Assembly: GCA_002345205.1 (NCBI GenBank)
Contig: DDVI01000089.1
Location: 11,008-75,007, forward strand
DNA: 64,000 nucleotides
DNA from: Bdellovibrionaceae bacterium UBA2316
GTDB taxonomy: Bacteria > Bdellovibrionota > Bdellovibrionia > Bdellovibrionales > Bdellovibrionaceae
Reading direction: 5' to 3'
The notes beneath the pieces were generated by a model. That model saw only the letters and a list, made by a program, of their open reading frames with translations. It did no database searches and was not told the DNA's origin. Positions 1 to 10,409 of this stretch are shown here, one piece after another. Both the position numbers and the translations under genes were made by a program. Each line of letters opens with the position of its first letter. The stretch's first letter is position 1.

Positions 1-586
1 GCGCCATAAGCGCTAGGAGGATAAAAAATAACACATCTCGTTTAAGACTGAATTTTTCAGAGAATACTGACCAACGCGAAAACATGCTAAATAAGATTAA
101 TAGCATCATTAATCCACTGACTATCTGCAAAGGATGAACAGACGACATGTAGTCATAATCCCAATAGCACACCTTGCAATCCAAAAAAAAGACACTGCGA
201 TAGTCTGGCCAATGCATCCAGTACGCTACATCGAACGGAACATTCTTATCAAGAAACGGAATATTGAAGTGAAACACTATAAATATTCCGATCAGCGCAA
301 CCGCTTTATAAAGCTGACCGAGCAAGTAACAATATCGCCTAAGTGTTTCAACGTAGGAAACAAGATATAAAACATAAATAGGTAAAAGCAAAAACCCTAA
401 CACGCATAAGTCAAAACGTAGGCCCCAAACCATCATTCTCAGGAAATCAAATATCATAAACTCATGGGACGAGAAAAAATAATTGAAGTAAAAATAGAGA
501 CGAATTACGGCAAACGGAATTAGAAAAAGCAGAAAGAAATACAAGGCGTTTAGAAAAAAATTAGCAGGGCTTAGCTTTGAGTGCAT
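1..586 (-). CDS. Polytopic membrane protein, N-terminal 195 aa only (gene runs off the window start); possibly the membrane anchor of an LTA-synthase/sulfatase-family protein
   Basis: I translated the minus strand by hand from ATG at 586..584. The frame stays open to position 1 (MHSKLSPANFFLNALYFFLLFLIPFAVIRLYFYFNYFF...LRFDLCVLGFLLLPIYVLYL...). It has several hydrophobic helices. It is missing from the ORF track because there is no stop inside the window. The family guess rests only on N-terminal topology and an RFD-type motif. Confidence 0.45.
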   Translation of the reverse strand, partial: MHSKLSPANFFLNALYFFLLFLIPFAVIRLYFYFNYFFSSHEFMIFDFLRMMVWGLRFDLCVLGFLLLPIYVLYLVSYVETLRRYCYLLGQLYKAVALIGIFIVFHFNIPFLDKNVPFDVAYWMHWPDYRSVFFLDCKVCYWDYDYMSSVHPLQIVSGLMMLLILFSMFSRWSVFSEKFSLKRDVLFFILLALMA

Positions 587-692
587 AATATTAATGTAAT
601 ATAAATTGGACTCTGGTGCTTTAGTACTGTCAATAACTTACTTGATTTATAAGGGCTATAAGTTCTATTCTTCGTCCTAAGGAGACTATACT

Positions 693-1358
693 ATGTCACA
701 AGTTACTCTTTACAATTACTTCCGCAGCTCTACTTCCTACCGTGTGCGTATTGCTCTAAATTTAAAAAATATCGAATATAAATATTCTCCCGTTCACTTA
801 CTGAATAACGGTGGCGAGCAGTTTAGTCCAACTTACAAAGCACTGAATCCTATGTCCGAAGTTCCAACATTAGAACATGATGGATTAATTATTGGCCAAT
901 CAGTGGCCATCATCGAATACCTTGAAGAGCAGTTTCCCAATCCAAATTTGTTTCCACGCGATTCACAAAAACGCGCCAAAATTCGCCAATTTTGCGAAAA
1001 CATAAATTCATTTTTACATCCGCTTTCAAATTTGAAAGTTTTAAAATATTTGGAAGATAACCATGGCTACGATCAAAGACAAAAAGAAGTTTGGATCAAT
1101 CATTGGTATCAAAAAGGTTTGAACGCACTCGAGGCGTGGTTACAAAAAAATATGGGAAAGTATTCATTTGCGGATCAAGTCACAGTCGCGGATTGTTTTC
1201 TAGTTCCAATGGTTTTCACAAGCGAGCGATTTAACGTAGACCTAAGTCCGTTTAAAAACATTATGAGCGTTAACTCTAGATGCTTGGAATTAGACGCGTT
1301 TAAGAACGCTCACCCATTTCGCCAAGTCGATACTCCAGCTGAACTTCGCATTTCTTAA
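693..1358 (+). CDS. maiA: Maleylacetoacetate isomerase / zeta-class glutathione S-transferase
   Basis: 221 aa. The N-terminal SSTSYRVRIALNLK matches the zeta-GST signature SSC(S/A)xRVRIAL. The length and GST N- and C-domain layout also fit. Confidence 0.85.
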   Translation: MSQVTLYNYFRSSTSYRVRIALNLKNIEYKYSPVHLLNNGGEQFSPTYKALNPMSEVPTLEHDGLIIGQSVAIIEYLEEQFPNPNLFPRDSQKRAKIRQFCENINSFLHPLSNLKVLKYLEDNHGYDQRQKEVWINHWYQKGLNALEAWLQKNMGKYSFADQVTVADCFLVPMVFTSERFNVDLSPFKNIMSVNSRCLELDAFKNAHPFRQVDTPAELRIS

Positions 1359-1416
1359 GAAAAATGTTTACCCATAAACATTCGGGCGTAAACTAGTAAA
1401 ATAAAAAGGAGCTCCT

Positions 1417-2430
1417 ATGAAAAGGAAACTATTAATTCTTACTACACTCACAGTCGCCCTTACTATTTCATGCAAAAACAAAACTGAAGACACAACCGAG
1501 GATACGGATGCTTCTGCCTATGTAATGACCGAAGCCGTATCTGAAGTTAGCGGTCACGCTTCAGCCACTGAAGGCGGTAGTGCCAGTGTTGCTTCCATTA
1601 ATCTAACCAGTGGTCAGCTTGATATCCTTGAAGAAGAAATTCAATTCGCAAAAAAGGAAATGCTAGCGGGCACAAATGATAGCCACGTAACTCAAGCGGC
1701 TAATGAATGTCGTTATTCTTCGGTCAGAACGTGTTCCGCAACTGCTGGAACTGTATCTTGGAATGGTTGTTCTATTTCTGGAACGCACGTGGCGGTAACT
1801 AAGACCGGCGGCTGGACAGAAACCTGGACAAATGGTGGCGATTGCTCTCGTGGCTATGTCACAGCTAGCGATAGTGTAAGCCGTTCCTCGACCGGTTCGA
1901 CGATGAGTTTCCCTGCTGGAGGCAATATTACAACCGACACAAAAGGTGGAACGGCCTACGACGGTACTGTTTTTGTAAATGGTTCCGTAATCACCCAACG
2001 CACAAATACAACCAACCGGTCAATTGCGATGACGCCGACAAATTCAGCGCTACACAAAGTCTACACTGGTCGCAGAGGCGCCACGATTTTTGATTACTAC
2101 GTACAACCGTCAATCACTGTGACGGGTGCCAAAACAAACGGAATGACTAGTGGTCTCGGTACCACATCCGCAAATCGTGCAATGTCTGGAACCGTTACTC
2201 TCTATCATAATTTAGCTAAGTACACCGCTGTGAATACTTTTAACTCAGTAACATGGTCGACCGCTACATGCTGCTTCCCCGTATCAGGAAACATTTCGAC
2301 CACATTCACAGGTTCGGGCGCACCGGCAGGTCCTTATGTACTTACATTCTCATCAAATTGTGGTTACGCAACGTTAACAACGCCATCGGATTCAGCCGGT
2401 AGCCAAGTTCAACTTTCAAGCTGCCAATAA
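1417..2430 (+). CDS. Probable lipoprotein, Thr/Ser/Gly-rich, unknown function
   Basis: It has a signal peptide with a lipobox-like LTISC (MKRKLLILTTLTVALTISCKNK) and an AAGGAG Shine-Dalgarno just upstream. I recognised no family. Confidence 0.6.
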   Translation: MKRKLLILTTLTVALTISCKNKTEDTTEDTDASAYVMTEAVSEVSGHASATEGGSASVASINLTSGQLDILEEEIQFAKKEMLAGTNDSHVTQAANECRYSSVRTCSATAGTVSWNGCSISGTHVAVTKTGGWTETWTNGGDCSRGYVTASDSVSRSSTGSTMSFPAGGNITTDTKGGTAYDGTVFVNGSVITQRTNTTNRSIAMTPTNSALHKVYTGRRGATIFDYYVQPSITVTGAKTNGMTSGLGTTSANRAMSGTVTLYHNLAKYTAVNTFNSVTWSTATCCFPVSGNISTTFTGSGAPAGPYVLTFSSNCGYATLTTPSDSAGSQVQLSSCQ

Positions 2431-2433
2431 TAT

Positions 2434-3309
2434 TTAGTTTGTGTCTGTGAAAAGAAAGTTCCACTTATCGAGCGCAGGCACAATCAGATAAATCAAAACG
2501 CTGACGTTGATCCACATGAAATATTTCAACCAGCCTTGCTGACCTTGAGACTTAATAAATTTATACGTTTCAAATAAAAGTTTTACCGAAGTAGGAATCA
2601 CTAACAAAGCGTAAAACCAAGACGCTTTGTAAAATGCCGGCGATAAAAACGCACAACCCACATAAGCAAATGTATACATACCCATTTGATATAATGTGCG
2701 CTCTAATCCCAATGCGACTGGCAACGTTGGAATACCACCCTCGCGATAATCATCTTTATACCGAATCGCTAAAGCCCAGAAGTGCGGCATCTGCCATAAG
2801 AATAAAATCAAAAAAAGATAGACGGAATCAGGTGAAAGAAAGTTTGAATTTATGGCCGTATAGCCAATCGTCACAGGTAATGCTCCCGGAATCGCCCCCG
2901 GAACTGCGGCATAAATCCATTTAGGCTTCCACCAATACGTGTAAACCACATTATATAGAACCACTGTCGCAATACCGAACACTAACGATAAAGGTGAAAC
3001 TAAATACAATAAATAAAAGCCGCCAAACAAGAAAGAACACGCTAAAACTAAGCCCGCCATCGGTGTGATTTTCCCTGCAGCTATTGGGCGCTTGGACGTT
3101 CTCGGCATTTGCGCATCTAATTTATATTCTTGGACTTGATTCAGGGCCAGACTGCCCGAGCTTAACAGAAATGTTCCGCCGATCATTTTTAGAAAGTGAA
3201 ACATATCAAAGATTCGCTCTGATTCAAAGCCGGTGGCGTAACCGGCAATAGCAGCTAGGACCACAAAAATCGTAATACCTAGCTTGGTTAAATCAGAAAA
3301 TAGTTTCAC
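2434..3309 (-). CDS. ctaB: Protoheme IX farnesyltransferase (heme O synthase)
   Basis: 291-aa polytopic UbiA-family protein (...NQVQEYKLDAQMPRTSKRPIAAG...WQMPHFWALAIRYKDDY...). It is the last gene of the oxidase operon. Confidence 0.9.
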   Translation of the reverse strand: MKLFSDLTKLGITIFVVLAAIAGYATGFESERIFDMFHFLKMIGGTFLLSSGSLALNQVQEYKLDAQMPRTSKRPIAAGKITPMAGLVLACSFLFGGFYLLYLVSPLSLVFGIATVVLYNVVYTYWWKPKWIYAAVPGAIPGALPVTIGYTAINSNFLSPDSVYLFLILFLWQMPHFWALAIRYKDDYREGGIPTLPVALGLERTLYQMGMYTFAYVGCAFLSPAFYKASWFYALLVIPTSVKLLFETYKFIKSQGQQGWLKYFMWINVSVLIYLIVPALDKWNFLFTDTN

Positions 3310-3318
3310 GTTTAGACT

Positions 3319-3663
3319 TTACAGAGTGCTGGTTTCAGCAATACGAGTGTAGATATCTAAAACACTGATGATAAACAAAAGAGCTAAAAAGAAAAAACCC
3401 GTCGCAAAAATTAAGCGATTGTCTGGCTTGTCGTATTTTAAACCCATGAAAAACATCAACACCAAAGCCGCTTTAAAAGCCGCGATGATAAATGCAACTG
3501 GAGCCGCTAAAACAGAACCGTGCATAACATTGTGAAACAAGTAGTGAAACCCAACTGTTAACAATGTGCACACGATAAGCGCCCACATGACCCTAGTATA
3601 GATTTCTTTCGGGATAATGTGATGCGAGTGATTGCCGCCTGAATGATTATTATGTGATCCCAT
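3319..3663 (-). CDS. Cytochrome c oxidase subunit IV (small prokaryotic caa3-type subunit)
   Basis: 114 aa with three predicted TM helices, lying directly after coxIII in the operon. Confidence 0.7.
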   Translation of the reverse strand: MGSHNNHSGGNHSHHIIPKEIYTRVMWALIVCTLLTVGFHYLFHNVMHGSVLAAPVAFIIAAFKAALVLMFFMGLKYDKPDNRLIFATGFFFLALLFIISVLDIYTRIAETSTL

Positions 3664-3678
3664 GCTTATGCTCCTAAA

Positions 3679-4350
3679 TTAGCCTACTAAATATAGTAAC
3701 GGGAAAAGGAAAATCCAAATTAAGTCGACGATATGCCAAAAGATACCCACGCCTTCAACGGGCGTAAAGTAATCAGCACCAAAGTCACCACGTTTAGCAC
3801 GAATCGCCAGCCAGATTATTAAACCCATACCGATCAAAACGTGTAAACCGTGAAGACCCGTCATACAGAAATAAAAACCGTAATACATACCTAAATTAGC
3901 ATGTACCGCGTGAGCATGTTCAACATTTAACAAATGCCCAGGTAATAAACCGTGGTCAAACTTCGCTTTGTATTCAAACGCCTTGATCACCATGAAGATA
4001 ACGCCGCAAAGAACAGTAATCCAAAGCTTAGTTACCGCCTGGTCTTTTTCGTTCTTTTGCAAGTGGTGAATCGACATCGCCATTGTGTACGAAGATGCGA
4101 TTAGAACCAATGTATTTACAAAACCTAATCTCCAGTCTAAGTGACTTGCGCCTTCAGAGAACATTTGCGGATAGATCGTGTGAAAAATCGCGTATCCAAC
4201 AAACAAGCCACCGAACATAAGGATCTCGGTAACCATGAACAACCAGATACCTTGTTTAGCGCTATCAAACTGATGTTCAGCATCGCGAAAGTGGTGAGCT
4301 ACATGAGCTCCACCGTGAGAGTGATTACTTGTACTCATAAGGCCCCGCAT
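3679..4350 (-). CDS. ctaE: Cytochrome c oxidase subunit III
   Basis: 223 aa. It shows typical subunit III helices and His-rich motifs ([32 protein letters not shown]...[18 protein letters not shown]). Its start overlaps the coxI stop; an alternative ATG lies at 4338. Confidence 0.9.
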   Translation of the reverse strand: MRGLMSTSNHSHGGAHVAHHFRDAEHQFDSAKQGIWLFMVTEILMFGGLFVGYAIFHTIYPQMFSEGASHLDWRLGFVNTLVLIASSYTMAMSIHHLQKNEKDQAVTKLWITVLCGVIFMVIKAFEYKAKFDHGLLPGHLLNVEHAHAVHANLGMYYGFYFCMTGLHGLHVLIGMGLIIWLAIRAKRGDFGADYFTPVEGVGIFWHIVDLIWIFLFPLLYLVG

Positions 4351-5926
4351 TTACTGTTGGCTCCACATCAAAGTTGAAATGAGGTGGAGGTGAAGATGTT
4401 TGCCATTCTAATGTTTTAGCACCCCAAGGATTCTGAGAGGCCTTTGGACCCTTGCGAATACCTTGAACGAAAACATAAAGACCTAGGAAGAAACCGATAG
4501 CGATCAACCAAGAACCCATTGTTGAGATCGCATTCAACGAATGGTAGGCCGGAATGTAGTCAAAATATCTACGTGGCATACCCATCGCGCCCAAAATAAA
4601 TTGTGGGAAGAATGTTACGTTGAAACCGATGAAGATGAACAAGAAAGTGAGTCGTGCTAAACCTTCGTTGTACATTTTTCCGAACATTTTTGGGAACCAA
4701 TAGTACATACCACCCATGATCGCCATCAACGTTCCACCCACCATTACATAGTGGAAGTGAGCAACTACAAAATAAGTATCATGGAAATGAACGTCAGTCG
4801 CCATAACCGCCAGCATGATACCAGTCACGCCACCGATTGCGAATAGGAACAAAAATCCTAAAGCATACAACATCGGAGCTTCGAACGAAATATTACCTTT
4901 GTAAAGAGTCGCTAACCAGTTAAACATTTTGATCGCAGTTGGAACCCCAACCAACATCGTTAGGAACGAAAACACAACGCCCGCGATTTCTGATTGACCA
5001 GACACGAACATATGATGTCCCCAAACAAAGAACGACACCGCTGCGATACCCAATGATGAATAAGCAATTGCCGTATAACCGAAGATAGTTTTTCTAGAGA
5101 ACGCCGCGATTGTTTCTGAAACAATACCCATTGCAGGTAAGATCATGATGTAAACGGCCGGATGCGAATAGAACCAGAAGAAATGCTGGAACAACACCGG
5201 ATCGCCGCCTAGTTTCGGATCAAAGATACCGACACCTGTTGTACGTTCAACTGCCAACAGCAACAGAGTGATCGCAAGAACCGGAGTCGCCAATACTTGC
5301 AGAATCGCCGTTGAATACAGAGACCAAACAAATAGTGGAATACGATGCATCGTCATACCTGGCGCACGTAATTTGTGGGTTGTAACGATGAAATTCAATC
5401 CCGTCAAAATCGACGACATACCCATTACGAATGCCGCCAATACCATTACAGTCGCTGCCGTTCCCGTTTTAATCGAGTACGGAGTGTAGAATGTCCATCC
5501 GGTATCTACCTTACCCAAAAACAGAGTCGACATAGCAATCAGAGCTCCGGCCATGAATATGTACCAGCTCGCTAAGTTCAATCTAGGGAAGGCAACGTCT
5601 TTCGCACCGATTTGCAACGGCAAGAAGAAGTTACCTAAAATCGCCGGAATACCGGGAACGATAACCATGAAAACCATGATGGCCCCGTGATAGGTCATAA
5701 TCTGGTTGTATTGATCAGGAGTAAATAACTGAGCGCCCGGTTTAAATAACTCTAAACGAATTAATAGGGCGAAAATACCACCTAATAAGAAGAAAAAGAA
5801 AATCGAGCACATGTACAAGAGTCCGATTCTCTTGTGGTCAAGGCTGGTAAACCAAGAACCGATACCTTTAAACTCGTTAATGTAGTTCACTTCGGAGCCA
5901 GAACCATGTTGAGTTGATGAAGCCAT
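4325..5926 (-). CDS. ctaD: Cytochrome c oxidase subunit I
   Basis: 533 aa with hallmark heme-copper oxidase motifs (WFFGHPEVY-like [27 protein letters not shown]). Confidence 0.95.
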   Translation of the reverse strand: MASSTQHGSGSEVNYINEFKGIGSWFTSLDHKRIGLLYMCSIFFFFLLGGIFALLIRLELFKPGAQLFTPDQYNQIMTYHGAIMVFMVIVPGIPAILGNFFLPLQIGAKDVAFPRLNLASWYIFMAGALIAMSTLFLGKVDTGWTFYTPYSIKTGTAATVMVLAAFVMGMSSILTGLNFIVTTHKLRAPGMTMHRIPLFVWSLYSTAILQVLATPVLAITLLLLAVERTTGVGIFDPKLGGDPVLFQHFFWFYSHPAVYIMILPAMGIVSETIAAFSRKTIFGYTAIAYSSLGIAAVSFFVWGHHMFVSGQSEIAGVVFSFLTMLVGVPTAIKMFNWLATLYKGNISFEAPMLYALGFLFLFAIGGVTGIMLAVMATDVHFHDTYFVVAHFHYVMVGGTLMAIMGGMYYWFPKMFGKMYNEGLARLTFLFIFIGFNVTFFPQFILGAMGMPRRYFDYIPAYHSLNAISTMGSWLIAIGFFLGLYVFVQGIRKGPKASQNPWGAKTLEWQTSSPPPHFNFDVEPTVNAGPYEYK

Positions 5927-5939
5927 ATAAATTCCTTAC

Positions 5940-6896
5940 CTATTTAGTCGTTTTCAAATATTCGATGATTGCCGCTAGCTCGTCTTCGCTGAGCTGACCT
6001 TGGAACGTCGGCATAACACCACCAGCAAAGCCTTTTACGATTTTAGCATTCGGGTTCAAGATCGATTCACGCAGATACTCTTCATTTATTGTCAATTTTG
6101 AACCATCCACAAACTCTTCTTCAGTTCCAAATTTTTGATAAAGAGTTGGACCAGCTTTTACAGATTTATCAGCAACCGAATGGCAACCAGAACACGCCTT
6201 GATCTGGAATAATTTTTCGCCTTTTTGAGCTAAAGGCAACGTGCTGAACTTAGATTCTTCTTCTAACCACTGATCGTATTCTTCTTGAGATACAACATGG
6301 AGCTTACCCAACATACCCGAGTGCTGAGTTCCGCAATATTCCGTACAGAAAATATGATATTCACCAAATTTATTAGCGTTGAACCATAATGAAGTATAAC
6401 GGCCCGGAATTACGTCTTGTTTTATACGGAAACTGGGAACGTAAAAACTATGCAATACATCTGTAGATGTCATGATTAGTTTTACATCTTTGTTAATTGG
6501 AACTTTGATTAAGTTAGCCGTCTTAACACCGCTTTTGTATTCCGCTTCCCAAGCCCATTGTTTACCACGAACGTGAATTTCAAGAGCATCGGTAGGCATC
6601 TTACGCATATCGTGGAAAATCAACCATCCCCAAGCGAAAACTGCCAAGAAAATTACTAATGGAATAAATGACCATAGGAATTCTAGAAATACATTATGAG
6701 TGATGTACGCTGATTTCGCATGAACTGATCTTCTTTTATATTTCTGAGCAAAGAAAATCATTCCACCAATTAAAATAGCACACGCGATGAAGCTGGATAT
6801 AAGCAAGAAACTATACAAATTATCCACTTGGTGCGCAATATCAGTCGCTGCTGTAGGCATCAACTTTTCCGCATGGGCCGAACTGATCCAGAACAT
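5940..6896 (-). CDS. ctaC: Cytochrome c oxidase subunit II with fused C-terminal cytochrome c domain (caa3-type)
   Basis: It carries a CuA motif (HSFYVPSF...CTEYCGTQHSGM) and a C-terminal CSGCH heme-binding motif. Confidence 0.95.
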   Translation of the reverse strand: MFWISSAHAEKLMPTAATDIAHQVDNLYSFLLISSFIACAILIGGMIFFAQKYKRRSVHAKSAYITHNVFLEFLWSFIPLVIFLAVFAWGWLIFHDMRKMPTDALEIHVRGKQWAWEAEYKSGVKTANLIKVPINKDVKLIMTSTDVLHSFYVPSFRIKQDVIPGRYTSLWFNANKFGEYHIFCTEYCGTQHSGMLGKLHVVSQEEYDQWLEEESKFSTLPLAQKGEKLFQIKACSGCHSVADKSVKAGPTLYQKFGTEEEFVDGSKLTINEEYLRESILNPNAKIVKGFAGGVMPTFQGQLSEDELAAIIEYLKTTK

Positions 6897-6898
6897 GT

Positions 6899-7804
6899 CT
6901 ATCTCCCCGTTGTTCCTTCTCGCTTTCTATTTCGAAGCCAGAAGGGTAAAAGCAATAACATTAATATAACTACAATACCGACCCCACCAAGACGGACTAA
7001 ATTAAAGGCCGCCAGAGAGTATTTGTTTTCTTTTGGGTCGTAGTGAAAACAATAAAGAATCATTTTATCTACAAACGTTCCGATTTTACCTTCGGTCGCT
7101 TCATTTAGTGCTAATTTTACGTCTTTAGGATCGAACATGATGCCGCCCAAATAACGAGAGATAATTCCCTTAGGAGTCGTCACAATAGCGGCCGAAGAAT
7201 GAGCCCATTCTTTTTCTGTTTCGTTCCATTTAAATTTAAAACCAACGGATGACGTAATTTTATCGATAGTTGCTTGATCTGCCGTTAGAAAATGAAAACC
7301 TTTTTCTGCTTGGGGACGTTCGTAAACATCCATATAGGACTTCTTTTTGCCGGCGCCTAAATCAGGAGTCTCTTTCGCGTCAAAACTGATAGCTAAAACT
7401 TGAAACTTTTCACCCGGGCTCCAGTCAAGACCCTTTAGGCCCTCAACCAAACCGTTTAAATGAAAATTACATAAGCCAGGACATGAGTAATAAACGAGCG
7501 AGATAATTACGGGGTGTCTACCATCATAAAAACTACCCAAAGTGACATCTTCACCTTTTTCGTTTTTAAACTTTAGGTCCATATCCACAGTCGAACCCAG
7601 TTTTTCTTCAATCCCAACGCCGTCTAATTCCTTAGGACGTTCCGTAGAGATAGCGGCGGCTGGTTTGCCATCATAGCCACCATCGGTAGCACCTTGATGA
7701 GCCGAATACGATGCGACAGTAAATAAAAGTAAAAACAAAAATACGAAAACCATTTGGTTTTCGCACTTTGAAGATAGTTTTTTTACGCGATTCGCAGTTA
7801 ACAT
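6899..7804 (-). CDS. SCO1/SenC family copper chaperone
   Basis: It has an N-terminal TM anchor and a thioredoxin-like domain with the CPGLC (CxxxC) copper motif. It lies directly upstream of coxII. Confidence 0.85.
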   Translation of the reverse strand: MLTANRVKKLSSKCENQMVFVFLFLLLFTVASYSAHQGATDGGYDGKPAAAISTERPKELDGVGIEEKLGSTVDMDLKFKNEKGEDVTLGSFYDGRHPVIISLVYYSCPGLCNFHLNGLVEGLKGLDWSPGEKFQVLAISFDAKETPDLGAGKKKSYMDVYERPQAEKGFHFLTADQATIDKITSSVGFKFKWNETEKEWAHSSAAIVTTPKGIISRYLGGIMFDPKDVKLALNEATEGKIGTFVDKMILYCFHYDPKENKYSLAAFNLVRLGGVGIVVILMLLLLPFWLRNRKREGTTGR

Positions 7805-7818
7805 GATTTCCTTAAATG

Positions 7819-8355
7819 CTATTGAGCTGTTTTCGCAAATTCAGCGACTTTAGCTGGATCATCTTTAGATTTATTTTCAGTGATAGATTCAATAAAATGA
7901 AGAATAGCCCAACGATCAGCTACTTTTAAATGTTTAAACGCGGCCATCGAACTGTTAGGGATACCATTTGCCACCACGTTAAAGTGTGCAATCAGACTGT
8001 CGCCCTGAGTCCACTTACCTTCAACAAGGTTACGAGGTTTTGGAGTTAAGCCACCGCCTGCAGGGCCATCACCTTTACCAGCGTCGCCATGACAAGTAGC
8101 GCAATTCATTTTGTACTGTTTTTGACCGTACGTAATGATCTCAGGAGTTGATACCCAAGGTTCTTTGATATCAGCAATTTTGAAAACGGGGCCTGCTGCT
8201 TGCAGGGATGGTGCATTTGGATCGACAACATTTTCACCTAAATCCACTCCAGGATGTATAAATGAAATGTACGCAAAAAAAGCAAACACAAAGACCATCG
8301 CAAAGATGAAGGCAGCAAATCCGCCTCTGTTATGGACATCAGAGGATTCAGACAT
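7819..8355 (-). CDS. Membrane-anchored class I c-type cytochrome
   Basis: It has a TM anchor and a CATCHGDAGKGDG heme c motif. It is the first gene of the oxidase operon. Confidence 0.8.
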   Translation of the reverse strand: MSESSDVHNRGGFAAFIFAMVFVFAFFAYISFIHPGVDLGENVVDPNAPSLQAAGPVFKIADIKEPWVSTPEIITYGQKQYKMNCATCHGDAGKGDGPAGGGLTPKPRNLVEGKWTQGDSLIAHFNVVANGIPNSSMAAFKHLKVADRWAILHFIESITENKSKDDPAKVAEFAKTAQ

Positions 8356-8534
8356 AGATTCTCCAATTTATTTAAGGGAAAAGTTCACAGTATGCTTTGA
8401 TTAGTAGCGTAAAAGAAAAGCGTGAGCAATAAAAAGCTGTTATGAATGTTAAAATTTTTTGTGTTACGCCGCACGGACGAACCACCCAGCTTAAGAAATC
8501 TTGAGACGATTTATGCTTAAATTTAGAGCACGCA

Positions 8535-9389
8535 TCAAGAGCCCGATCTATTTTTCTGAAAAAAGAAGTCCATAACTTTTGACCAAAATAACGGCGGGTC
8601 TTCAAGGTTCGGGCAATGCCCCTTTCCAATCAACGTCTCGCAGTGAGCACCTGGAATTTGACGAGCCAGTTCCTGAGAATCTTTGAGCGGCAAAATTTGG
8701 TCTTCTTCACCATGCAAAATAAGCACAGAACTTTGAACCGAGCCCAGCTGACCTTCCATATTAAATTCGCCAAAGGCTTGGGCAATTTTGAAACCCACAT
8801 TTTGTGCAGCGCGAAACGCATCAGCCACCACCACCTTGGAAAAAAATCGCGGGTTTATATCAGGCGCATGAATCGTGGCTTTCATAACTTCGGCGACTAA
8901 ATCTTGATCGGTCTGCATTTTTTCAAATGCCTTCATAACCGCGGGTTCAAACCGGCGCCCTTTAGCGCCGACTGGATCTAAAAGAACAGCTTTATCAATT
9001 AGATCCTGCAGCTGAGTCAAAAGCACCATCGCAATACTACCGCCCGTAGAATGGCCAACAATATTCAAAGACTTCAAATTCAGCCCCTGAATAAACTCTT
9101 TGAACTCGGCTGCCAATGACGGAATTGTTATGTTCTCTAAAGCTTCGACTGCCGAGCTTTTTCCACAGCCGCGAATTTCCGCCAGGATCACATCGCCCGT
9201 TAGACTCGGGTGAGTTTTTAATTTTGCAAAATCTAAAGACGGATACCACCATCGATTCGACGACAAATTGCCATGGATAAATAGAGTGGTTTTTGGAATG
9301 ACGTTACGAAGAATTTCGTAATGAATATACTTTGTCTTATCAGCTGTGAGGTAAAATTTTTTCGACTCTAAAACTACAAGCCCGGACAT
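8535..9389 (-). CDS. Alpha/beta-fold hydrolase
   Basis: It has an HG oxyanion motif (LFIHGNLSS), a nucleophile elbow GHSTGG, and a late His in KGHCPNLEDP. Confidence 0.75.
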   Translation of the reverse strand: MSGLVVLESKKFYLTADKTKYIHYEILRNVIPKTTLFIHGNLSSNRWWYPSLDFAKLKTHPSLTGDVILAEIRGCGKSSAVEALENITIPSLAAEFKEFIQGLNLKSLNIVGHSTGGSIAMVLLTQLQDLIDKAVLLDPVGAKGRRFEPAVMKAFEKMQTDQDLVAEVMKATIHAPDINPRFFSKVVVADAFRAAQNVGFKIAQAFGEFNMEGQLGSVQSSVLILHGEEDQILPLKDSQELARQIPGAHCETLIGKGHCPNLEDPPLFWSKVMDFFFQKNRSGS

Positions 9390-9417
9390 TTTACCTCACA
9401 CCAATTAACAAATCAGA

Positions 9418-10179
9418 TTAAAGAACAATACCGCCGTCAACGCTGATAACTGTACCAGTGATGTATGAAGCTTGCTCAGAAGAAAGAAATAAACACGCGT
9501 TAGCAATGTCGTCTGTTTCCCCAAGACGCTGTAAAGGAACTTTCGCAGCCATACTCTCAAGAACTTCTTTAGGCATTGCATTCGTCATCGCAGTTTTGAT
9601 GAAACCAGGAGCGATTGCATTTACCGTGAAACCTTTACGACCTAATTCTTTAGCTAACGTTTTTGTGAAACCGATTACGCCCGCTTTAGTTGCCGCGTAG
9701 TTCGCTTGTCCAAAATTTCCATAAAGACCAACAACGCTAGAAATATTAACCACGCGTTTGTGCTGAGACGCCGGATTGAATTTTTCAAGAAGACCTTTTG
9801 TTACATTGTAGATACCCGTCAAATTAGTATTGATAACTGCATCCCAGTCAACGTCCGTCATTTTAGCAAATGATTTATCACGAGTGATACCTGCGTTGTT
9901 AACAAGGATATCAACAGGACCTGGCAAAGCTTTGACGGCCGCTTCTACTGACGGTCTTTGAGTTACATCAACTTGTTGAAAAGTAACTTGAGATGCAAAT
10001 TTAGATAATTCTTTTTGAGCATTGTTAAGTGCATCTTGAGAATAATCCCAAACTACGACTTTACCGCCAGCTTCTAAATAAGACGTTGTTAATTTAAAAC
10101 CGATACCTGCGGCACCGCCGGTTACGATCGCTAACTTACCCGCAAAATTAAAATTCAAGCCTGAGTTTGTGTTCGCCAT
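9418..10179 (-). CDS. fabG: Short-chain dehydrogenase/reductase, 3-oxoacyl-ACP reductase (FabG)-like
   Basis: It has a TGGAAGIG cofactor motif, NNAG, and a catalytic S...YAATK. I chose the start at ATG 10179 (MANTNSG...) because an AAGGAA Shine-Dalgarno sits 5 nt upstream; the track ORF extends to 10218. Confidence 0.85.
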   Translation of the reverse strand: MANTNSGLNFNFAGKLAIVTGGAAGIGFKLTTSYLEAGGKVVVWDYSQDALNNAQKELSKFASQVTFQQVDVTQRPSVEAAVKALPGPVDILVNNAGITRDKSFAKMTDVDWDAVINTNLTGIYNVTKGLLEKFNPASQHKRVVNISSVVGLYGNFGQANYAATKAGVIGFTKTLAKELGRKGFTVNAIAPGFIKTAMTNAMPKEVLESMAAKVPLQRLGETDDIANACLFLSSEQASYITGTVISVDGGIVL

Positions 10180-10409
10180 AAAATTCCTTTTCAAAAAAGT
10201 TTCCAATTTGTATTTCACATCGACTTAAAATTGACAATAACTCTTTATAGGGCTTTCGAAGCGAAAGTAGTCTTTTTGCTCTAGAAACTTTTGCTGGACA
10301 AAGAGGATTTCCCAGCGCTAGACCTTGAGAACTAGAGCGATTAGTTAAACGGAAAAGAATATACGATTTTGATAAAAAAATAAAATCAAGATTGCGAAAG
10401 GATTACCAG

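Noticed and set aside
134-370. A 78-aa plus-strand ORF in the track.
   Set aside because: It lies entirely antisense to a much longer open minus-strand frame (1-586) that encodes a plausible multi-TM protein. The plus-strand product has no coherent features.
1359-1416. A small hairpin, AATGTTTA-CCCA-TAAACATT, after maiA, considered as a terminator.
   Set aside because: The 8-bp stem is entirely AT-rich and is not followed by a T-tract. The next gene starts about 40 nt later on the same strand, so read-through is likely.
1663-1998. Antisense ORFs nested in confident genes. Examples: 1663-1998, 2634-2924, 4141-4377, 5268-5575, 6787-7043, 8135-8404, 8616-9252, 9458-9700, 11243-11524, 36304-36864, 46823-48589, 50186-50770, 55024-56183.
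   Set aside because: Each is fully contained in, or antisense to, a longer ORF with strong family motifs. They have odd compositions (Arg/Ser/Cys-rich) typical of shadow ORFs.
8372-8629. An 85-aa minus-strand ORF in the region upstream of the oxidase operon.
   Set aside because: It overlaps the 3' end of the alpha/beta hydrolase gene, has no Shine-Dalgarno and no recognisable features. The 8356-8534 stretch is more likely the oxidase promoter/5' UTR.
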